Shown here piece after piece: positions 9,839-18,689 of a stretch of 64,000 nt of DNA. The stretch is from positions 31,765 through 95,764 of the forward strand of contig CAJOGC010000001.1 in NCBI GenBank assembly GCA_905234185.1, given 5' to 3'. The first letter of the stretch is position 1, and each line of letters starts with the position of its first letter. The translations under genes were made by a program, and so were the position numbers. Source of the stretch: an uncultured Alphaproteobacteria bacterium. GTDB taxonomy: Bacteria > Pseudomonadota > Alphaproteobacteria > Rs-D84. Below the pieces are notes generated by a model, which was not told the DNA's origin, did no database searches, and saw only the letters and a program-made list of their open reading frames with translations.

Positions 9839-10639
9839 TTAATTCGTTGCGTGCCAGACATTTGTTCCATCACCGATATTAAGTTTCCCGGCACCGGTCG
9901 CAACACCTATATAACAAACGGTCCCACTGTCAAACATTATATTGATTGACGGACTCGTAATCCTGTCACGATACAGATTGAAACTTAACCCGTTTCCAAC
10001 ATTTAATCGCGTCGGACCGGCCGTACATAGTGGCAAACATTCGTTTCCGTGTAAACCGTATCCGTCATCACATGCCCACGGGCAATCATTCGCATCAACA
10101 ATTGTACCGTCCACACTATCTGGGGTGCCGGGACCACTGTAATGTGAATTGGCGGGATGCGGATTCGTGCATGGTTTAACGGTGGCATACCAATCTTCCC
10201 ATGAAGTACCTCTATAACCAGATAAATAATATCCATCTCCTGCTACATACCACAGCTTATTATTGTTTTGCCAATAGTCATTACCGTCATAATAACCTTC
10301 TATTAAAAAGATACTGCCATAATTATCGGAAAAATACATTCTGCCAACACAATCATGCACGAATCTAGCTGGCTCTCTTGCGGCAGTTGCCTCGCCAACC
10401 CTTTGACCACTTAGAGGGCTAAACCCAACCAAATAATGATATCCGGAAATCACATCATAATCGGTATCAGTTGTTGGACATGGGTATCTTGTGTCGTCCC
10501 CGGGGCAATAATACGGTGTTCTATAGGGATTGCACACGACACATTGTCCGTTGTCCACATAATACCCGGCACTGCATGTTGCGGCATGGACCGAAATCGG
10601 CATAAGTAATACAAACAAAATTATTGCGATTGATCGCAA
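9839..10639 (-). CDS. Secreted cysteine-rich surface protein
   Basis: TTG start after a GGGGGG RBS; signal peptide ending VHA; CSAGYY..C..C...YYCPG and CPWACDDGY..C..C repeats. Confidence 0.75.
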   Translation of the reverse strand: MRSIAIILFVLLMPISVHAATCSAGYYVDNGQCVVCNPYRTPYYCPGDDTRYPCPTTDTDYDVISGYHYLVGFSPLSGQRVGEATAAREPARFVHDCVGRMYFSDNYGSIFLIEGYYDGNDYWQNNNKLWYVAGDGYYLSGYRGTSWEDWYATVKPCTNPHPANSHYSGPGTPDSVDGTIVDANDCPWACDDGYGLHGNECLPLCTAGPTRLNVGNGLSFNLYRDRITSPSINIMFDSGTVCYIGVATGAGKLNIGDGTNVWHATN

Positions 10640-10654
10640 ATGTTCCCCCCGTTT

Positions 10655-10940
10655 TGTTCTCTGAAATCCGATTCCAGATACCTGTATTCCCCTTCACCCC
10701 GTAAATGGGTGGGCGCGCCAACGGACGGGCTTGTTGCCCCCCCGTCAGGGAAAAATTTAAAACCGTCAACGGAAATTGACGGTCGGGGAGTGGTAAAGAC
10801 CAAAAAGCAAGTCTGTTCCCCGACCATAAAAGTCAGGGATGATAACGATGCAAAAAGCACCGAAAACATCAGATTACGATGCTTCTGCACCGGCTTTTGA
10901 AGGCTTACCACAGCCCGAACCCAATTCCCATTGGATTCAA
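10655..10940 (-). ncRNA. Putative structured leader RNA (C4-antisense/ash-like)
   Basis: GC-rich stretch with several hairpins (10762-10783, 10781-10825, 10902-10915) and loop/target complementarity GTGGTAA/TTACCAC, lying between an extended -10 promoter and the RBS. Confidence 0.45.
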
Positions 10941-10984
10941 TTCGAATTATAACATATAAAAGCAAAAAGAAAATATATTTTATG
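10936..10984 (-). promoter_or_regulatory. Extended -10 promoter module, copy 1
   Basis: TGtTATAAT at 10954-10946. Core is 25/26 identical to 45144-45169. Confidence 0.65.
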
Positions 10985-11067
10985 TATAAAAAATCTCAAT
11001 TATCACGACCGTGAATGTTATGACGACGGACGAAGCCCTCGGCACCGATTGCCGATATGGACAAAAA

Positions 11068-11790
11068 TCAGAATAAAATATTTATTTTTGCGCCGACACG
11101 CGCTTCTTCGTCTTCAAACTCGTAATCAAAATGACCGATGTATTGTGTCCGGCCAAACTGGGCCACCATTTTAAGATTTAACCATTCCTGATTATAATCT
11201 GGATTCGTTGACTTACGGAAAGTAAAACCAAATCCCGCACGCCAATTTTCATCCAGTCTGAAATAAGATTCCGGTATAAAATCAATATATGACATTCCGC
11301 GCGTTTCATCAAAAATCCATGTTGATTTTATTGTGCCCGCCAACGAAACACCCGCCCATTGACGGCCAAATCGCAATCCGGCATAGTATGACGAATCGGC
11401 AAACCATGGTGTCCGCACACGTGACGACCCCGCAAATTTGAACCCGAATAACACATCCGAAATTAAACGCGCATCATTATCAATCGCCCGCGCCATACGA
11501 TACAATGCGCCGATATCGATACTGGAAAAGCCATCTTCGGGGCCAACAAAATCAACCTGATAATGAACCCGCCCAGATACAGACAGTCTGTCGTTTAATC
11601 CATATGACATTTTTTGGCCCAAACGAAACACATCGCGTCCATATGACACATCCGTTTCAGATAATATTGCATCATCACGCAACACAAATAACGGATCAGA
11701 TGTATCTGTTTCCAAATCATATTCCGCATGCGATACAATTGGCGCAAGCAAAAATAAGACTACCGAAAAAATACCAAAAAAACGTTTCAT
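11068..11790 (-). CDS. Putative outer-membrane beta-barrel protein
   Basis: Signal peptide, alternating amphipathic strands, C-terminal ...GAKINILF. Confidence 0.7.
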   Translation of the reverse strand: MKRFFGIFSVVLFLLAPIVSHAEYDLETDTSDPLFVLRDDAILSETDVSYGRDVFRLGQKMSYGLNDRLSVSGRVHYQVDFVGPEDGFSSIDIGALYRMARAIDNDARLISDVLFGFKFAGSSRVRTPWFADSSYYAGLRFGRQWAGVSLAGTIKSTWIFDETRGMSYIDFIPESYFRLDENWRAGFGFTFRKSTNPDYNQEWLNLKMVAQFGRTQYIGHFDYEFEDEEARVGAKINILF

Positions 11791-11851
11791 ATGAACCACC
11801 GTTTGATACGAACAACCGAACATATGTCCGGTTGTTCACATCGTTTTTATA

Positions 11852-13099
11852 CTAGAATTGGAATATAGCCTGTAATCCAACGCTTGTTTCGTTATATTTA
11901 CTGATTTTTGCATCACCGGCCCGAATCCAATCATTCATATATGTGCCAGGTTCAGATGTCTTTTCCGCACCCCACCACCAGAAACCAAGTTTCTTGTCTT
12001 CTGCACTGTCATACAACGATGTTTTCGCGTAAAGGTTAAGCGCGAACCAATCATTCGGTTGCCATCCAATTGCCCCCTTGATAGAGAACTGATTGTTCCA
12101 ATCATAGTGGCCAAAGATACCTTCGACATTCAATGTCCAATCTTCGTCCAAAACGCTGAACACGCCAAGACCACCTTCGACATAGAACGCATGTTTTGCA
12201 TCATCGTCATAGGCGATAAACACGCCCTCTTCGTGACCATCTACATTTATACCCGTAATACCATTACCATATGCAGTACCATCAAAGTCGACATACCACC
12301 CGCGCGCAAGACCATATATAGTTGAACGGGAAACTTTATAACCAGCCTTTAGGTCTAAAATAAAGTTATTAGAAATATCTTTTTGATGCTGGAAATATCC
12401 GGACAATGTTGCAATCCAATCCGCGTTATCAACAAACCGCCATTGGGCGCCCAATCCGAACATATTCAATCCGTCATCGTCCATTTTATCATCTGGCGCG
12501 GTCGACCAATCGAATTTATATTTATTCACCTCATAACGCAACATACCCAACACCGCGATACGATCTGTGATACCAAAACTAAAATCTTCTTTTATCGCGA
12601 ATTGTTTCATGTCCCACTTAGACTTATTATCACTAAGGTCGAACACATACTGAGATGTATCAACGGTTGTGAAATCAATATTATATGAACCCATATTATA
12701 CGAGAAATCCGTAATAGATCCGAATTTACCCTTTAACGGTTGAAAGAATGGATGGGCTAAATAATATTTGCGTTTAAGTTCGGTCCGAACCGTTTCGGAA
12801 CGATTCGTGCGCACCGTTTGGGACGATGTCGAATTGCCAGACGAATACTGTTTATACAATGCGTTGCGGTTAGCCGGCTGAGTATAATACATGTTTTTGC
12901 CGTCTTTGACCTCATATGTTTTAGTAGTTGTTCGTGTTTGATATTTCGTGTAATCAACATTTTCGCGTGTACGTGTCGCCGGCCCGTTTGTTAAATCAGC
13001 ACTGGACCCCGCGCGTGTTCCCCAATTTGTTTCGGCATACCCCGGCAATGCAACCGCCAGCGCAGCCACAACACCCAATAAAGACAACTGTTTTTTCAT
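11852..13099 (-). CDS. Putative outer-membrane beta-barrel protein (porin-like)
   Basis: Signal peptide, aromatic-rich beta strands, C-terminal VGLQAIFQF, AGGAG RBS. Confidence 0.75.
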   Translation of the reverse strand: MKKQLSLLGVVAALAVALPGYAETNWGTRAGSSADLTNGPATRTRENVDYTKYQTRTTTKTYEVKDGKNMYYTQPANRNALYKQYSSGNSTSSQTVRTNRSETVRTELKRKYYLAHPFFQPLKGKFGSITDFSYNMGSYNIDFTTVDTSQYVFDLSDNKSKWDMKQFAIKEDFSFGITDRIAVLGMLRYEVNKYKFDWSTAPDDKMDDDGLNMFGLGAQWRFVDNADWIATLSGYFQHQKDISNNFILDLKAGYKVSRSTIYGLARGWYVDFDGTAYGNGITGINVDGHEEGVFIAYDDDAKHAFYVEGGLGVFSVLDEDWTLNVEGIFGHYDWNNQFSIKGAIGWQPNDWFALNLYAKTSLYDSAEDKKLGFWWWGAEKTSEPGTYMNDWIRAGDAKISKYNETSVGLQAIFQF

Positions 13100-13158
13100 A
13101 ATATATTACTCCTTTTGATGAAAATTATATCATAAAACCAGTCATAAAAAAAGCAGAA

Positions 13159-13257
13159 TTAGTGGCTAGTAATTAGTGTTAGTGGTTAGTGCTGGAGGAT
13201 AGGAAAAGCATCAATAACCCCATATTGACTAACCACTACTCACTGACACTAACCACT
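13159..13257. repeat. Inverted arrays of degenerate 6-7-mer tandem repeats, (TAGTGGT)n ... (ACTAACC)n
   Basis: ttagtggctagtaattagtgttagtggttagtg ... actaaccactactcactgacactaaccact, immediately after the ftsK stop. Confidence 0.7.
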
Positions 13258-15477
13258 CTATAAAATATGCCGTTTATTATTAGCATCGGCGGCACTGACA
13301 ACACCATCCTGTTCCATGCGTTCCATTAAACCCGCGGCCTTGTTATACCCTATTCCCAACCGACGTTGCAGATATGAAATAGTCGCTTTTTTATCGCGCC
13401 GAACAATCTCAACCGCCTGGGCATACAAATCGTCCTTTTTGCCGCCACCGGATGTCCCGCCCATTCCGGCATCAACACCGATTCCACCATCATCGCCACC
13501 GCCATCTACAACGGCAACATCATATTCAGGCTCTCCCTGGGACCGCAGAAAGTCACCAATTTGTTCTAATTCGGGGTTATCAATAAACGCCGCATGTACA
13601 CGAACTGGGGCTTTGCCACCTTCGCTGAACAACATATCACCGCGCCCAAGCAATTGTTCCGCCCCCGTAGTCCCCAGTGTCGTCATAGAATCGATACGAC
13701 TGCTGGCCTGGAAAGATAAACGGGTCGGAAAATTAGCCTTGATAACACCGGTAATTGTTGTTGCATCGGGACGCTGGGTCGCCATCACCAGGTGAATGCC
13801 GGCCGCACGTGCTTTCTGGGCAATGCGTTGGACGCACGCCTCGACATCTTTGCGCGCAACCCCCATAAGGTCTGCGACCTCATCAATAATAATGACAATA
13901 TATGGCATGTCCGACAAATCTACTTCTTGGGTTTCGAACAACAATTCACCCGTTTCTGGATCTGTTCCTATTGGAACCTGGCGCGTTAATGTTTCACCAG
14001 CATCGCGTTTTTTTGCCGCATTTGCATTATATTGTTCTATATTCTGGGCATTAAGCAATTGCAACTGCTTATACCGATCGTCCATTTCGCGCACCGCCCA
14101 TTTAAGTGCGTTAACCGCCGCCCCAGGATCCAATTTGACAATCGGCGTAATCAGATGCGGAATATCATCCCAGAATCCGAAATCGACCCCCTTTGGATCA
14201 ATGATAATCAACTTACACTTATCGGGCGTAAAGTGATAAACAATGGATGTTATAATCGACTGAATAAACACAGACTTACCAGATCCCGTACGCCCCGCGA
14301 CCAGCATATGTGGCATCTTTGCCAAATCAAAATACATGGGTTCACCACCAATATTCACCCCCAACCCCAATGGAATCTTGTATTTAGAATTAACAAACAA
14401 GTCGCTTTCCATTAAATCGCGAAATCGCACCGTGTGCGGTTTGACATTAGCCACTTCGACACCGATATAATTAGAACACGGCAATGGTGCAATACGAATG
14501 CTGGCGGTTGCCATGGCGCGTGTCATATCTTTGACAGTATCAGAAATTTTGGAAATGCGCATACCTGCATCTGGTAAAAATTCATACAGTGTGACAATCG
14601 GTCCGGGCTTAATATTTTCAACCTTGCCATACACACCATATTCGGCGAAATGCGTTTCCAACATCGATGCCTGACGCTTTAATTCCGGGGTGACAACATT
14701 TTTACCAAAATTAGATGCCTCTAATAACATCGGATCGGGTAATTCGTATTCGTCGGCCCCATGCTTAACCGGCGTGCGTTTTTTCGCAGCGCGCGGTTTG
14801 CGTTTTGGCGCATCTACTTCTTCTGGGGCAGTTTCTGCGACCTCTTCTGCTTCTTCCTCTTCGACTTCTTCTGCATCCGCTTCGGCGGGTGGTACTAAAT
14901 GGAACGCCGACAACACCCAACGAATGGCACGCCAACAAGACATTAATATCGACATAACATGCGACCACTTTATATGCAATAGCGTCCCACCAATAAGTAC
15001 GAAAATTCCCAAACAAACAAATCCAACGATTACACCCCAATTACCAATTAATGCGGTAACATCTGTTGCCACAATTGCACCAAACAAACCGCCATAGGTC
15101 GCATTTGGTGCAATTAAACCGAATGCCATCGCCGCAACACACACCGCGATAAATCCGCGCAAAATATTATACTCTGGCGCATATTCTGGTTCCCAATTCA
15201 TCGCCATTGATACCCCCCATCGCATTATTCCCAGAATCAAAAACGCCGTTGGAATCCATCCAATTAAATATCGTATAAAACCAACAACATTACCAACCAC
15301 GGATTGGTTTCCAAACGAACTTGCGCACGCAAATCCGTCTAAATAAGGCCGATGAAAAAACAATGCCCCCAGCAACAGCACCCCACACACCAATATTGCA
15401 CCACCACACATGCGCATCATCAATGTTTTCAATGCACCGGAAACACTGTCTGGTAAAAACTTAGATTGTGATTTCAT
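13258..15477 (-). CDS. ftsK: DNA translocase FtsK
   Basis: N-terminal TM domain, PHMLVAGRTGSGKS, IIDEVADLM, ATQRP and gamma domain ISYLQRRLGIGYNKAA. Start placed at 15477 from -10 spacing (ORF extends to 15486). Confidence 0.97.
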   Translation of the reverse strand: MKSQSKFLPDSVSGALKTLMMRMCGGAILVCGVLLLGALFFHRPYLDGFACASSFGNQSVVGNVVGFIRYLIGWIPTAFLILGIMRWGVSMAMNWEPEYAPEYNILRGFIAVCVAAMAFGLIAPNATYGGLFGAIVATDVTALIGNWGVIVGFVCLGIFVLIGGTLLHIKWSHVMSILMSCWRAIRWVLSAFHLVPPAEADAEEVEEEEAEEVAETAPEEVDAPKRKPRAAKKRTPVKHGADEYELPDPMLLEASNFGKNVVTPELKRQASMLETHFAEYGVYGKVENIKPGPIVTLYEFLPDAGMRISKISDTVKDMTRAMATASIRIAPLPCSNYIGVEVANVKPHTVRFRDLMESDLFVNSKYKIPLGLGVNIGGEPMYFDLAKMPHMLVAGRTGSGKSVFIQSIITSIVYHFTPDKCKLIIIDPKGVDFGFWDDIPHLITPIVKLDPGAAVNALKWAVREMDDRYKQLQLLNAQNIEQYNANAAKKRDAGETLTRQVPIGTDPETGELLFETQEVDLSDMPYIVIIIDEVADLMGVARKDVEACVQRIAQKARAAGIHLVMATQRPDATTITGVIKANFPTRLSFQASSRIDSMTTLGTTGAEQLLGRGDMLFSEGGKAPVRVHAAFIDNPELEQIGDFLRSQGEPEYDVAVVDGGGDDGGIGVDAGMGGTSGGGKKDDLYAQAVEIVRRDKKATISYLQRRLGIGYNKAAGLMERMEQDGVVSAADANNKRHIL

Positions 15478-15533
15478 ATGATGCATTTTATCATAAAAAT
15501 ATCAAAAGTGTTAGCGCGATATAAAAAAAAATA

Positions 15534-15553
15534 AAACCGCCAATTTGGCGGTC
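15534..15553 (-). terminator. Rho-independent terminator
   Basis: accgcca/tggcggt stem followed by a T-run on the minus strand, after the PAP2 gene. Confidence 0.65.
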
Positions 15554-15556
15554 ATA

Positions 15557-16240
15557 TTATTTCCGTTTGAATGCAAGGTATTTAACAACATCGGCGGCGA
15601 CCATACCAATAAATGCGCCCAGTATAACATCCGTTGGCCAATGCGCACCAACCGCGACACGCGACAAGCCAACTATTATCGCCAATGTCCATGTTATCGG
15701 CTTTATTTTCGGTGCCAACATCCCAGCCATAACCAACCCTGCGAATGTTGCGGTTGTGTGTCCAGATGGCATCGAGTTAAACGCCCACTCCATCGAGAAC
15801 GGGCGAAACCCAGTTATGCCCAGTGCCTCGAAAAATATTGGGCGAAAGCGTCCGATACAAACCTTAATAATTTCCGCAACAATACTTGCCGACAACACAG
15901 ATGAAAAAATAAGAAACGCATAATTCGTGCGAACCTTGTTCATAAAATCTTTCACTAACACAGAAAGGCTAAACCGGCTTTTCGTATTTTTATATTTTAT
16001 GCCTGATTCCAGTGATTTTTTTACAAAAACAACTATTAATAAAACGGCCGTTAAAACAAGCCACACCTTGACATCAAAAATATAGTCAAACACATGCCAA
16101 GCAGAACAATCAAAACCGCTTAACAAAACATACAGCGGTTTATCCAACCACGCGATACCCAACGCGACGATAATCGCGGTAATAAATGCGCCCCACACTA
16201 ACCATTTAGTTTTCAATTTATTATTTTCTGTTAAAAACAT
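15557..16240 (-). CDS. PAP2-family membrane phosphatase (LpxE/PgpB-like)
   Basis: K...GRFRP, SMPSGH and SRVAVGAHWPTDV motifs. Confidence 0.9.
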   Translation of the reverse strand: MFLTENNKLKTKWLVWGAFITAIIVALGIAWLDKPLYVLLSGFDCSAWHVFDYIFDVKVWLVLTAVLLIVVFVKKSLESGIKYKNTKSRFSLSVLVKDFMNKVRTNYAFLIFSSVLSASIVAEIIKVCIGRFRPIFFEALGITGFRPFSMEWAFNSMPSGHTTATFAGLVMAGMLAPKIKPITWTLAIIVGLSRVAVGAHWPTDVILGAFIGMVAADVVKYLAFKRK

Positions 16241-16250
16241 TTTAAAATCC

Positions 16251-17768
16251 CTATTCTGCAATTAAACGATTATAAACCTTTTTATCGGTCAAAATTTTAA
16301 CGGCGACGCCCACAGAAAGCGCATCTTCATCGGCACCACTGGTGATTGTCGGGCATCCACGACGAATATCCGATACATCGACTTCTGGCATTTTATTGAA
16401 ATCTGTTGCATTAAAGTAATTATTTATAACATTAAGGAAAAATGCATTTTGTTGTTGCGCGGAACGTATATTGGATAAGCATACAATCGGGAACATACCA
16501 CGACCATCTATTTCACGACCCGATCCCGTCTTTAACGATTTGTTCATCAATTCCAAAGCACCACCGTTTTCCAAATCAATATGCGTCGCGATTCGTGCCA
16601 ATCCTGCTGTTGGCGTTCCGACCAACACCCCGCGCATATTTTCATAAAACGCCGCGACAATTGCTTCGGCGGTCCCCCGCGTCATATTAGACATCAAAAC
16701 AACAACTGGTGCATCTGTCACCGCGTCTGATCCTGGTACAACCTCGACCTCTTCGGTCGCTGTTTGTGCGATTCGCATAATTGGTTCTTGGCCGATAAAA
16801 AGCCCCGCCAATTTTGCCGCCGCCCGTTCATCATCACCGGTTGACGCACGCAAATCCAAAATTATACCCTCTAAATCCGGATGTTTGGCCAGTGCCTCAT
16901 TCACAATAGACACCGCCCCATCGGATACATTATGAATAACAATCTCCAGTATACCGCCATTATCATCCGTTGCACGATGCACGACATCCGCATCCGCCAA
17001 AACAATTGTTGCACGACGCAAAACAACATCACGATTACCGGACGGCGTTATCAATTTTATTTTTGATGTTCCGGAATTAAACCCATCTATCACCGCTTCC
17101 ATTTCTGCATCAGACATTTCCGCAACACGCGTCCCATTTATTTCAGCAATTAAATCACCAGCATGCACCCCAGCGGCATCGGCAGGCGACCCCTTGAACA
17201 CACCATGGACACGAAAATTACCGCGCGCGTCACGCGCCCCATTAAGCCCCACACTGGTAAGTATCCGACCGTCTTCAGCAACTTCGGCTTTACGAGAAAA
17301 GATATAGCGTCCACGTTCATCAACGCCACGCATCAATGCGTCCACAACCATTTGATATGTTTCACTTTCTGTCGCGGAATGCATCACCGGATCATTTGCA
17401 CGTAATTTCAGAACCAGTGCCGTTGTAATTTCACCAAAACCATTCCAGTCATTCACACTTGGGCGCGGATAATTTGCAATAATCGAATCACCCCACACCA
17501 ACACGACACGTTCATCAGTCGCCGCGATATGCGCGTTTTTGTTCAGGTTTTCCAAACTTTCAATCGCGACATTTATACTTTTACCGCCCCATTTAACCGA
17601 ATCCAACTTTTCATAAATATCGGCAAAAGTATCCGACATATCAAATACATGCAGACCGTCCTGGACCGGTTCATCGGGGAAAAACAGGCCGTCACAAAAC
17701 GCGGGGGATGCACAAAACACAGGCACAAAAACCGCCAATGTTTTAAATAAATTTTTTACATTCATCAT
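16251..17768 (-). CDS. PDZ + S41 (CtpA-like) peptidase homologue with the catalytic dyad absent
   Basis: PDZ (GSPADAAGVHAGDLIAEING) and IILDLR. TRGTAE and TAGLA stand in place of SASASE and TFGKG. Confidence 0.8.
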   Translation of the reverse strand: MMNVKNLFKTLAVFVPVFCASPAFCDGLFFPDEPVQDGLHVFDMSDTFADIYEKLDSVKWGGKSINVAIESLENLNKNAHIAATDERVVLVWGDSIIANYPRPSVNDWNGFGEITTALVLKLRANDPVMHSATESETYQMVVDALMRGVDERGRYIFSRKAEVAEDGRILTSVGLNGARDARGNFRVHGVFKGSPADAAGVHAGDLIAEINGTRVAEMSDAEMEAVIDGFNSGTSKIKLITPSGNRDVVLRRATIVLADADVVHRATDDNGGILEIVIHNVSDGAVSIVNEALAKHPDLEGIILDLRASTGDDERAAAKLAGLFIGQEPIMRIAQTATEEVEVVPGSDAVTDAPVVVLMSNMTRGTAEAIVAAFYENMRGVLVGTPTAGLARIATHIDLENGGALELMNKSLKTGSGREIDGRGMFPIVCLSNIRSAQQQNAFFLNVINNYFNATDFNKMPEVDVSDIRRGCPTITSGADEDALSVGVAVKILTDKKVYNRLIAE

Positions 17769-17794
17769 CGCCGTCCCCCCCTTTATACAACCTA

Positions 17795-18658
17795 TTAATA
17801 TTTTGTTTCACGCAAATTAAAGTGATACAAAATAACATTAGAAATATAGATACTGGTCAATGTTCCCATCACGATAGAAAAAGTCATCGCAATCGAAAAT
17901 TCACGCAACATCTGATTTCCGAAAATATAAATACCAACCAACGCCAATATAGTTGAAACACTGGTTCGCAGCGTACGCGACAACATTTCATTAACCGATA
18001 AATCAATCAAATCGTCCATTGGCATTTTGTGGTACTTTTTAATATTTTCATCAATACGATCATAGTTCACGACCTTATCATTAATAGAATATCCAACACC
18101 CATAAGAATGACCGCAATCGCTGTCTGATTAAATTCCAGACCCATAATAGAAAAGAACCCGAACATCAAAACAAAATCCAGCAACAACGACACAAAGGAT
18201 CCAACCGCATATCCACCGCGATAACGAATCCAGATATACACCGACATCAAAATAAAAGAAACCAAAATCGCCCAGATACCGCCCCGAATCAGTTCGCCAC
18301 CGATTTTTGGTCCAACAATCTGAACCTGGGAATAAGTCACATTATCACCCAAAATGTTTTTGATTTCACGAACACGTTCGTTTTGCATTGCATCCGTCGC
18401 CCCCTTGGGTAAGCCAACACGAATCAAAACCGAACCACCATCAATTTGCTGTAATTCCGGTGAAAACTGTGCCAATTCCGTGCGCATTTTATCAATTGTA
18501 TATTCTGCGGAAACTGGCGTCACTTCCATCGAAATACCACCAGCAAAATCAATGCCATAATTTAGTCCACGGAACAGTAATGATAAAATTGACAAGACAA
18601 TTAATGCCCCAGAAATCCAGTATGATAATTTACGATATTTCATAAAATGCAGTTTCAT
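17795..18658 (-). CDS. secF: Protein translocase subunit SecF
   Basis: GLNYGIDFAGG, VGPKIG.EL, GYSINDKVVNYDRI.EN. Confidence 0.96.
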   Translation of the reverse strand: MKLHFMKYRKLSYWISGALIVLSILSLLFRGLNYGIDFAGGISMEVTPVSAEYTIDKMRTELAQFSPELQQIDGGSVLIRVGLPKGATDAMQNERVREIKNILGDNVTYSQVQIVGPKIGGELIRGGIWAILVSFILMSVYIWIRYRGGYAVGSFVSLLLDFVLMFGFFSIMGLEFNQTAIAVILMGVGYSINDKVVNYDRIDENIKKYHKMPMDDLIDLSVNEMLSRTLRTSVSTILALVGIYIFGNQMLREFSIAMTFSIVMGTLTSIYISNVILYHFNLRETKY

Positions 18659-18689
18659 TTTTTTCCCCTTTGCATTTCTTATTTAATTC

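Noticed and set aside
10640..10960. tmRNA, RNase P RNA, SRP RNA or cobalamin/TPP riboswitch
   Set aside because: I could not find their hallmark sequences (tRNA-like ends and tag, GAGGAAAGUCC, GGAA tetraloop domain, B12 box).
10621..10965. 114-aa minus-strand ORF over the structured leader
   Set aside because: It starts upstream of the promoter, has no RBS and overlaps the real gene start. A shorter ash-like peptide cannot be excluded.
13159..13257. CRISPR array
   Set aside because: Units are 6-7 bp with no spacers, and there are no cas genes.
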